This document shows, one piece after another, positions 47,701 to 54,751 of a DNA stretch of 64,000 nt; positions within the stretch are counted from its first letter, which is position 1; each line of letters starts with the position of its first letter. The notes beneath the pieces are model-generated. The model was not told where the DNA came from. It searched no databases and saw nothing but the letters and a program-made list of their open reading frames with translations. Source of the DNA: Chitinophagales bacterium. Lineage in GTDB: Bacteria > Bacteroidota > Bacteroidia > Chitinophagales > Chitinophagaceae. The position numbers were made by a program, and so were the translations under genes. The DNA lies in the NCBI GenBank assembly GCA_038207305.1, contig JBBQZY010000016.1:2906-66905 (forward strand), given 5' to 3'.

Positions 47701-47997
47701 TGCCCGGCGATTTCCTGCTGTAAGTAAATTGGAAAGTTGAGAATATGCTTTTAAGCTGGTTGGGTAAGCTAATAAACTAATCCCATCCAGGAGATCGAGC
47801 CTGCAACCAACTATTATGCGTATGCCATTTTTCTTCGCTGCAACATGGGCCCGTACAATGCCTGCTAAACTATTTCGGTCTGTTAAGGCTATTTCCTTGT
47901 ATCCAAATGCTGCAGCTTGCTGAACCAATTCTTCAGGATGCGATGCACCACGTAGAAAGCTAAAATTTGAAGTGACCTGTAATTCTGTATAATTCAT
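44776..47997 (-). CDS. dnaE2: Error-prone DNA polymerase (DnaE2 / ImuC)
   Basis: The track ORF extends to 48081, but the ATG at 47997 gives MNYTELQVTSNFSFLRGASHPEELV, the canonical DnaE2 PHP-domain N-terminus, 11 nt after the imuB stop. The protein is 1073 aa with Pol III alpha core motifs (GRGSAANS, FPDIDVDFE-like PPDIDVDFE, an OB-fold tail). Confidence 0.92.
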   Translation of the reverse strand: MNYTELQVTSNFSFLRGASHPEELVQQAAAFGYKEIALTDRNSLAGIVRAHVAAKKNGIRIIVGCRLDLLDGISLLAYPTSLKAYSQLSNLLTAGNRRAEKGDCYLYKRDVYEYAGDIKFIVLPPTELNEMFEFDVSFEDSLKEYHSVFGNDFYIAASRLYSGDDSKYLFRLNKLSSQLNIPIVATNDVHYHEPGRRQLQDIVTCVREKCTIYNAGYLLHANAERYLKQTEEMLRLFHQYPNAIERTQEIVTACQFSLDELKYEYPIEITTEGRTPQEELTLLAWKGAHEIYGDNIPEKIIVNIHHELFYIREMNYAPYFLTVYDIVRFARSEHILCQGRGSAANSTICYCLGITSVDPTKFDLLFERFISAARNEPPDIDVDFEHERREEVMQYVFNKYGRDRAAIVATVTQQHQKGSIRDVGKAMGLSVDTINRLSGSIWQFTDEWFEGKRIKEQGLNPGDNHIKKVLQLTSEFMGFPRQLGQHTGGFVITNGKLSDLCPIMNARMIDRTCIEWNKDDIDSLGFMKIDILALGMLTCIRKAFDAAKETYGLNLTLANIPQDDAAVYEMICHADTIGVFQIESRAQQSMLPRLKPRTFYDLVIEVAIVRPGPIQGDMVHPYLRRRNGEEPVEYPSKELEEILGRTLGVPLFQEQAMKIAIVGAGFSPAEADELRRSMATFKTQGLVTKFEKKLVDGMMKNGYSKEYALRVFKQLEGFGSYGFPESHAASFALLVYVSSWIKCYYPDVFACALLNSMPMGFYQPAQIIIDAGKHGVEVRPVDINFSDWDNTLEELSGKFCALRLGFRQVKSIRQEDIKMLVSGRKNQFTTINELRDINLPEAALEKLADADAFRSIGLNRREALWEVSTKDRPVILFAGQAAADATSENISLPIMSASEHVVQDYASTSLSLKAHPVSFVRDTLFQLRVLSTKELCAGKNGDLVKVAGLVLVRQRPGTAGGICFMTIEDETGYANVVIFEKLFDKFRKEILQSKLIMVEGKLQIEGEVIHVIVKRCYNFSSLLRNLTVSQNENLPLLTLSTSDEKSILPGINKRSQKKEIPQENIFPKARNFK

Positions 47998-48008
47998 ACC
48001 CTGATCTT

Positions 48009-49511
48009 TTACGCAAAAAATCCATGAATAAACCATTTGTATGATTTGGCAGTATCGTAATGGCCCAGACGAAATAACCAATAACGATGGCCTTCTTCAT
48101 CTTCTATAGCATAATAATCCCTGTGCTGGCCATCCTGCAGCCACCATTCCTGCTCGATCCTTTCGGGTCCATCTGCTTTAACTGTTTTATGTAATTTCCC
48201 CCTGTACCGAAAATTCATCGGCGGGTAATCGGGGATAGGTGCAGTAACTTCTATTGGTTCAGGCCTTGGTAATAATTGCAATGGCCTTGGCCTGTTGAGC
48301 TTCCAGGGCGTTAGTAATTTTTCATGTATAGAAGCAGCCAATTTGAATGAGCGTTCTGGCCAGTAATGTTCATCGGGGATATAACGATGAATATGATTGT
48401 TACCGATCTTGCCGGCAATGCGGTCGAGCAATTCAGATAAACCAGTATCATCCAGGCCAACAGCTAGCCCGAATAATTTTTCCTGGACAGGAGATAAATC
48501 TTCTGTTTTTTGTGCTTCTAAAATAAAAAGTTCTATTCCCAATGCAGGTTCAATGGTTTCGATTTTAAGTTCGAATAATTTAAAAAGATGTTTGTTGTTG
48601 CGGGAGGGCCTGTTGGTACCGATATCGATCTTTTCAATTTTTCCATCCATCCGGTAACATTTGAAGGAGCCATAACGAAGACCTTTTCCTTCTTTTTTCA
48701 GCCGGTTACATAATGTATCCAGTAATCTTTGCAATGCGATCTCAATTCCTGTTGATGTTACGATCGGTTCCATACATGGCAATCGTTCCTGGAAAGGTAC
48801 AATGGGAATTACCGGTTGAATCATTTCAACTTCATAGCCTAAAGCCTGATCTAAACGGGTTAACAATTGTTGGCCAAAGCGTCTGCGCAATGCAGTTCGG
48901 GGCATTTTGATAAACTGATCAATTTGACGAAGCCCTAACTTTTCCAATCTTTCTAAAATTTCTATTTCAATACGAAGCGCTGCAGGAGGTAATAATTGTA
49001 ATGCGGCAAGTTGTTCTCCAGGTTTAATGATAAAAGAATTTTGCGCAAAACGGGTAACAGCCCACGATGTTCCAATGGTATCAGTTATTGAAATGCGGAT
49101 ATTATATCCAAAACCTTTTAATCTTTTATATATATCTGCCAGGTATGGTCTTTCAGCTCCCCATAAATGAGCACAACCGCTAACATCCAGCATAAGCCCG
49201 TCGGGCATATCTATAGCAACAGCAGGTGTAAAGCGAATGCACCATTCAGCAATACCATTCAGTAATTTTTCAGGTAGTGCTGGTTGGTCATCAAAATACT
49301 GCAAAGATGAAATGATTGCGTTTGCATCAGCCAATGCCATTCCTATATGTACCCCTTGCTGTTCTGCGATGTCATTGGCTGCTGTTATGATCATTCGTCC
49401 ATGATCCGGGGCAACCAACACAAATGGCAATTGCTTTAAGCCAGGCTGGCGCCGAACGAACCAATCTGTTTTAAGATAGCGGAACCATATCGATACATAA
49501 CGCTTTTGCAT
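48009..49511 (-). CDS. imuB: ImuB, Y-family DNA polymerase-like protein of the mutagenesis cassette
   Basis: 500 aa. The N-terminus MQKRYVSIWFRYLKTDWFVRR is typical of ImuB. Its position between imuA-like and dnaE2 genes fits, and the start is 1 nt after the imuA stop (TGAtATG). Confidence 0.85.
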   Translation of the reverse strand: MQKRYVSIWFRYLKTDWFVRRQPGLKQLPFVLVAPDHGRMIITAANDIAEQQGVHIGMALADANAIISSLQYFDDQPALPEKLLNGIAEWCIRFTPAVAIDMPDGLMLDVSGCAHLWGAERPYLADIYKRLKGFGYNIRISITDTIGTSWAVTRFAQNSFIIKPGEQLAALQLLPPAALRIEIEILERLEKLGLRQIDQFIKMPRTALRRRFGQQLLTRLDQALGYEVEMIQPVIPIVPFQERLPCMEPIVTSTGIEIALQRLLDTLCNRLKKEGKGLRYGSFKCYRMDGKIEKIDIGTNRPSRNNKHLFKLFELKIETIEPALGIELFILEAQKTEDLSPVQEKLFGLAVGLDDTGLSELLDRIAGKIGNNHIHRYIPDEHYWPERSFKLAASIHEKLLTPWKLNRPRPLQLLPRPEPIEVTAPIPDYPPMNFRYRGKLHKTVKADGPERIEQEWWLQDGQHRDYYAIEDEEGHRYWLFRLGHYDTAKSYKWFIHGFFA

Positions 49512-49512
49512 A

Positions 49513-50241
49513 TCATCCTGCTTTCTTTTGTTGCTGAGAAATTTCAGCTACTTTATTAAACTGTTTAAATCCCCCTTCCATGAATTCAATTTGCCAGTTA
49601 CCTGGCCTGCCATTTCTTACTTTTAATAATTCCACATTCCAGCGCGGAAAACCAACGCCGGGCATTCCATCTGATAATTCACTTGTAAGAGAAGCAATCT
49701 TCCAACGGGTCACACAAGCTGTTGTATTTAAACTACGGGGATTCTGGCGAAGCACAAAACCTGTAACCCTGCTTTGCTCAACAGCTAACTGTAAACGCCG
49801 TGATGCAGTAAAACTTAATTCCTGAATTTGTGCCACAACCGCTGCAAGGCCATCACATTTTAATGCTTCTTCCATTGCCCATAAAACCTGTTTTTCTTTT
49901 TGCAGATCGATAAAAATTATTTTATCCGGGGAAATTCCAAATGATTTAAGTGCCGGTAAAAAAATAGTCCGGGAAGAACTGATCCAAATGGTTGCCCCGT
50001 CAGTTTTCATCAATGATGCAAGAATAGCTGATACAAAACCGCCTGTAACAGCGGCATCTTCCGGCTTTATTGAAATGAATTCATGTATGGCTCCCAATGG
50101 AAATGTATGTCCGGGAAATGCATGTTTAATGGCTCCAAGTTTTATATCTAAAGCAATATTCTTCGGAGCTTTTTTAAAGCCTTGCAAGGGGAGAATATCC
50201 CTTTGTAACTGGGCGATTATAGCTGCTTTTGTTCCTGTCAT
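49513..50241 (-). CDS. imuA: ImuA-like (RecA/SulA-fold) translesion synthesis-associated protein
   Basis: 242 aa. It is the first gene of the cassette and carries the motif PLGAIHEF. Size and position match ImuA. Sequence evidence is weaker than for imuB and dnaE2. Confidence 0.7.
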   Translation of the reverse strand: MTGTKAAIIAQLQRDILPLQGFKKAPKNIALDIKLGAIKHAFPGHTFPLGAIHEFISIKPEDAAVTGGFVSAILASLMKTDGATIWISSSRTIFLPALKSFGISPDKIIFIDLQKEKQVLWAMEEALKCDGLAAVVAQIQELSFTASRRLQLAVEQSRVTGFVLRQNPRSLNTTACVTRWKIASLTSELSDGMPGVGFPRWNVELLKVRNGRPGNWQIEFMEGGFKQFNKVAEISQQQKKAG

Positions 50242-50262
50242 GGGGAAAAGGTAAACCTTTGC

Positions 50263-50295
50263 TGCAATAATACTAAATTATTTAGTATTATTGCA
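50263..50295. promoter_or_regulatory. Perfect 33-bp palindrome (16-1-16) upstream of imuA; candidate SOS-type operator overlapping the promoter
   Basis: TGCAATAATACTAAAT-T-ATTTAGTATTATTGCA lies 22-54 nt upstream of the imuA ATG (50241). With a 2-nt bulge the symmetry extends to CCTTTGC..GCAAAGG (50256-50299). Confidence 0.55.
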
Positions 50296-50840
50296 AAGGC
50301 TAAACCATATTATTTTCTAATTAACAAATGCTGCTTAACAAAGCACTTATAGTATAAACATATATTGCTTGCTTTGTTTTCCTGAATTTTTTCAGTATTT
50401 GTTTGCACTTTGTAAAAAGTTGGCAGGAGTACCTAAACTTAACCTGTTGCATTGTTTTAAGCCAGCAGGAAATAATAGAGTGAAGTTGTATTTGGGGTAT
50501 CACGTCAGTCGAAATGCAAATTAATAATCAGATGTTGTTATTGAGCAGAAAAGGAATCTGATTGGGCTGGAAATAAAAAGCCGGCTACGCGGAGTGTAAC
50601 CAGGATAACAGCTGCTAAAAATATCCAACCTAAAAAGTTTAATTTATATTTAAAGTATGGCAAAATCGATCAATAAATGGCAGATCGAAAGCGTAAATAA
50701 AACTATTGATTCAATCATAAAGGCCTCTGCACCGGGTATTTCAATACCATAAAGGAAGGCATCGAAAAAAAGAAATAATAAATCAGGGAGGAATAATATT
50801 TAACCTTGTCCTTCAATTGCAATTACAGCTCTGCATATAA

Positions 50841-51527
50841 CTATACTGCCTGATTCAAAAGCTGTTCAAAGAAGCCACCAATATTATTTTTCCTGTCAAC
50901 AAATTGTATCTCTAAAATCCAGTTCCTGCTGTTTCCCCATTTATCTGAAACCAATATGCTGCTATGATTATCCGGGTGTATATCAAAACACAGATCATTA
51001 GGATCATTAGGTTGTTCATGCGGATAGGGGCCAACAAGATGTCCCGCTATCTCATTTCCAAATTCATATCCATAGCGTTTTGTAAGTCTCGTCAAGTAAT
51101 TAAAAAATTCAGCACCGGTAAGGATACTTTGATTATCGTACCATTTTTTCGCCTCATACCAAGCAGCTTCAACATCTTTTTTCAACTTAAGTTTTAAGGG
51201 ATTGTTTCCAAGTATATATGTTCTTCCCAGGTCTGCTTCAAAACCTTCGAAAATTGGACCGAAGTCCAAAATTACAATGTCATCTGCTGATATCATGCAA
51301 TCGGGTGGGTTGCCATTGAAAGCCTGAAGTGTATTAACGCCCGCCCTCACAATTTTTTTATGCCAGTATTCTTCGATGCCAAAATCGTCTTTAGCAATTT
51401 GCACGATCTCCTTCACTAACTCACTTTCCAATTTCCCGTGAACGATTAATCCACGCTGCTCAATGACATTGAACAATTCTTTTGCCTTTTGTTCAGCGAT
51501 TACAAGTTGTTGTTTTGCTTCGTTCAT
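50841..51527 (-). CDS. M24 family metallopeptidase-like protein (catalytic pita-bread domain only)
   Basis: 228 aa. DDIVILDFGPIFEGFEADLGRTY resembles the M24 D..D/D-x-x-R-T metal site. AGHLVGPYPHEQP resembles the GHG.G...HE motif. Confidence 0.55.
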   Translation of the reverse strand: MNEAKQQLVIAEQKAKELFNVIEQRGLIVHGKLESELVKEIVQIAKDDFGIEEYWHKKIVRAGVNTLQAFNGNPPDCMISADDIVILDFGPIFEGFEADLGRTYILGNNPLKLKLKKDVEAAWYEAKKWYDNQSILTGAEFFNYLTRLTKRYGYEFGNEIAGHLVGPYPHEQPNDPNDLCFDIHPDNHSSILVSDKWGNSRNWILEIQFVDRKNNIGGFFEQLLNQAV

Positions 51528-51533
51528 ATATAT

Positions 51534-52115
51534 TTATTGAGCAAGAGAAAGCTGTTGATTTATAAAATGGGTATTTACAACTGTTGCAAATTCTTCATTC
51601 AAACTTGCAAGGGCAGTTTCGTGAATGACTTCGGCAGAATAATTTTTACCATCAATTCCTTTTTTATTAAAAGTTGCAGTTGCATCTGCCACCAAAAAGG
51701 TTTCATAACCTAAATTGGCAGCCATTCTTACAGTTGTTGAAATACAATGATCGGTTGTTAAACCAACGATGACAACTGTGCTGATCTTGTCCTGGTCAAG
51801 CCGGTCTTGCAGATCAGTTCCGATGAATGCACTGTTCACATTCTTTTTTATGATTACCTCGCCCGGTATTGGCGCTACCAGTTCTTTAAATGCATTCCCC
51901 GCATTTATTATGTGAAGCGGAGATGCAGGGTTGGATGAACAATGCTGGATATGAAAAACAGGCAGTTGATATTCCCTCCAGCAGTGCAGTAATTCACTTG
52001 CCTTTAATTCAGCATCAGGATTATTTCGTTGCCCGCCCCAATGATCAATGTTGTTAAATCCCTGTTGAATATCAACAAGGATCAATGCCGGCCTGCCTGA
52101 TCTGCTTAAGCTCAT
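51534..52115 (-). CDS. Cysteine hydrolase / isochorismatase family protein
   Basis: The track ORF starts at 52166. The ATG at 52115 gives MSLSRSGRPALILVDIQQGF, the isochorismatase N-terminal strand. It also has VVIVGLTTDHCISTT with the catalytic Cys context. Divergent from the LysR gene. Confidence 0.8.
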   Translation of the reverse strand: MSLSRSGRPALILVDIQQGFNNIDHWGGQRNNPDAELKASELLHCWREYQLPVFHIQHCSSNPASPLHIINAGNAFKELVAPIPGEVIIKKNVNSAFIGTDLQDRLDQDKISTVVIVGLTTDHCISTTVRMAANLGYETFLVADATATFNKKGIDGKNYSAEVIHETALASLNEEFATVVNTHFINQQLSLAQ

Positions 52116-52210
52116 GGAACTAAATTTAGTTGCTAAAAGCAAAGCAAGGCTCTTTCTGTGATACAATAAAATACTTAATTTTGATTGATTGATAATTTAT
52201 TCTGATCAGT

Positions 52211-53074
52211 ATGGATATTCAGCAACTTCAAAATTTCCTTGTTTTATGCGATACGCTCAATTTTAGAAAAGCTGCTGAACAGATCAATATTGTTCAGCCG
52301 GCTTTGAGCCGGCAGATACAATTGCTGGAAAATGAAGTAGGTGCTTTGTTATTTAACAGGAGTAAAAGAACTGTTAGCCTAACTATTGCAGGGGGCTTTT
52401 TTCAAAAAGAAGCGAATAGGATTTTGCAGGACCTGGATAGAACAATTGTCCGGACTGCTCAATTACACAACGGTGAAGCCGGTGAAATAAAAATTACGCA
52501 TTCAAGCTCAGCTATGAATGCTGTTATACCTGGTTTCCTTGTAAAAGTGAAAGCGAAATGGCCCCAGCTTAAAACCATCGTACAGGAAGCTTCCAATTTT
52601 CAGCAGATTGAAATGATACAGGCTAGAAAAACTGACATAGGTATTGCCCCCAATATTATTTTAGCTTCCGAAATGAATTCAAAAATTTTATATAAGGAAA
52701 ACTTTGTGTTGATCTTACCCAATAACCATCCTTTGTCAAAAAACCGGTTAACAGATCTTTCCGTTTTAAAAAATGAGACATTCATTTTACCACAGTTATC
52801 CACTGGCACCGGTTATGTGGAAGCCATTTTACAAATCTGCCAGGGATTTGGTTTTAAACCCAAGGTAGCACACGAGTCGGCACATGCTGCAGCAGTATTG
52901 CGATTGGTAGAAGCAGGCCTTGGTATCTCCATTGAACCGATCTCATCTGTTCGTGGTACAAATATGAATATTAAACTAATTGAATTAAAAGCGCTTCCGC
53001 AAAAAGCGGTAATGACACTCTTTTGGTTGCAGGAAAGAGAGGAGGAACTGAGTAAGTTTATAAAGATGTTTTAA
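52211..53074 (+). CDS. LysR family transcriptional regulator
   Basis: 287 aa. The N-terminal wHTH reads MDIQQLQNFLVLCDTLNFRKAAEQINIVQPALSRQIQLLENEVG, followed by a LysR substrate-binding domain. Confidence 0.9.
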   Translation: MDIQQLQNFLVLCDTLNFRKAAEQINIVQPALSRQIQLLENEVGALLFNRSKRTVSLTIAGGFFQKEANRILQDLDRTIVRTAQLHNGEAGEIKITHSSSAMNAVIPGFLVKVKAKWPQLKTIVQEASNFQQIEMIQARKTDIGIAPNIILASEMNSKILYKENFVLILPNNHPLSKNRLTDLSVLKNETFILPQLSTGTGYVEAILQICQGFGFKPKVAHESAHAAAVLRLVEAGLGISIEPISSVRGTNMNIKLIELKALPQKAVMTLFWLQEREEELSKFIKMF

Positions 53075-53085
53075 AGTGTATTTGG

Positions 53086-53127
53086 CACGAATGCACAAAT
53101 ACAGCATATTTCATTCGTGCATTCGTG
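53086..53127. terminator. 11-bp stem hairpin between convergent genes (CACGAATGCAC arms)
   Basis: CACGAATGCAC (53086-53096) pairs perfectly with GTGCATTCGTG (53117-53127) around a 20-nt loop. It lies between the LysR stop (53074) and the stop of the minus-strand gene at 53162. Confidence 0.45.
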
Positions 53128-53161
53128 GGATCATTAATCAATAAATCAGTACAAAATTATT

Positions 53162-54137
53162 TTAAAGGTGAAAACGTGGTTCAGCTTTTGACCATTCCAA
53201 CGTGAAATTATGCAGGTGGTTTGGTGCCTCACTGGCATTCCAGGTGAAATCATATTGAGTGCTATGCGGACCGGTTATATAGGTGCCGGCTTTTATGGCA
53301 CGGTCATTATCCAGCCCAATTTTTAATGTTTCATTCAAAGGAATTACGGTTACCCTGAAATCATAATCAACAATAAAGGGGGCAGGGCTTCCATCTGCAA
53401 GAAAAGAATAGCGGGTAGCTTTTAATTTGTGCATACGCAGATCACTTAGCTCAAATGCACCATTGTTAAATTTCACTTCACTTTGAAAATTATTTTCTTC
53501 GTTCGTATGGTCCTGGTAAGGTTTGCGCCAGATCACCATCCCGTTGCGATTTTCCAAAGAGACCGTCATGCCGCCGCCGGTGTAAGATGAATGCCCCTGT
53601 CCGCCAATTGCCCAAAAAGCTTCCGACTTTGAAGAGAAAGTGCTGGGCATAGTAAAACGTAACCACGTTACGATGCGGTTCTGCATCAGCACGTAAGATG
53701 GCGTTAAAACGAACTTCTTTAAGGAGAGTGCCTTCATCGGGTTCTTTGTAAAGCAGGCTTATTTCCCACACATTCAGCATACGTTTATTGGTTTCTTTTG
53801 CGCCATTGAGAACAGATACATATCCTGCACCGGCGTCATCATCCGGATCGCCGATGCTGACTTTAATATAGAACGGTGTCCATACTAAAATAACGCCATC
53901 ACCGCTGGCCCTGCCATCTAAGAAGGTATTGCCAATTTTTACTTTGCTGCCGATTGTGCTGTCACCAAAGTTCCCATATAAATATAGATAGGGGCCAAAA
54001 AGATTTTCTTCCACCTCCATATAATCAAGTGCATAGCTTGAGGATGTTCCTACAACAGGTTTTACTGTGTCTGATTTTTTACAGGCAGCAAGCGTTACTG
54101 TTATAATAAAAACGAATAAAATTAGTGTACGTATCAT
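53162..54137 (-). pseudogene. Lipoprotein of unknown function split by a frameshift (two overlapping ORFs 53490..54137 and 53162..53737)
   Basis: The upstream ORF has a lipoprotein signal (VTLAACKK). Its last 60 or so aa are Arg-rich, out-of-frame-looking sequence (..ILHRRRHDGLFGKSQRDGDLAQ). The other frame reads protein-like sequence from about 53700 to 53162. The frames differ by 1 nt and overlap by 248 nt. Confidence 0.5.
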
Positions 54138-54751
54138 TTGATTTTATTTTATGATGTAAATATCAATTGAACATTTGCCATGCAAATAGCATAATTGTAT
54201 GAATTGAAAAAAAACATGAGTGAATTGAGGAGCAGGCTTATTTTTAATTTTAATAGTCGAACGCCTGAAAGACTAATAATGAATAAGCTATTATTTAAAA
54301 ATGTTGCACTAACAGGCATTAAAGATTCAAAGACACCCGGCCGCTCATTTCATTCCCTCAATCGAATGTACCGAACCCTCGTTCATTCAATACTTTTTAA
54401 CACATTATTTGCCGTTGGATAAACAGGGTTTACTTAACCTAACTTATTTATTCCGTTCACTGGTTTTCGCTTCCTTTAAACTATTTGCAGGAGTAGTTTT
54501 ACTTCAGATAAATCGAGGTCATTTCAAGGCTTCAATTTTTTTACCCTTCATATTAAGAAGAATAGTTGGGTTGCCGAACGAAATGGAAGTTATACAAACA
54601 ATAGATTTTAATGAATTGGCAGGTCCTGGAAAAATAAAAGTCTTTTTGAACATTCAATAACATTTACATTAATAGTGCAATTATAGCAATGGCGAAGATC
54701 AATACTGCAGCCATAAAATCTAACATAGTATTTTAAAATTCATTCATAAAA

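Noticed and set aside
47998-48081. 28-codon N-terminal extension of dnaE2 overlapping the imuB 3' end
   Set aside because: The canonical DnaE2 N-terminus begins at the ATG at 47997, and the extension has no homology-like features.
50538-50663. 41-codon TTG-start minus-strand ORF with one hydrophobic helix (..LGWIFLAAVILVTLRVAGFLF..) in the long gap upstream of imuA
   Set aside because: It is too short and uses a non-ATG start. I could judge no conservation, so it cannot be supported from sequence alone.
52166-52210. Possible LysR T-N11-A box in the isochorismatase/LysR divergent gap
   Set aside because: Only weak partial symmetry (GATAATTTATTC) in very AT-rich DNA, which is not distinguishable from background.
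54195-54660. Two + strand ORFs (75 and 83 aa) in the 614-bp gap upstream of the second fibre gene
   Set aside because: They are low-complexity and overlap each other, with no motifs and no signal or TM logic. This is probably non-coding promoter or leader DNA, although a small gene cannot be excluded.
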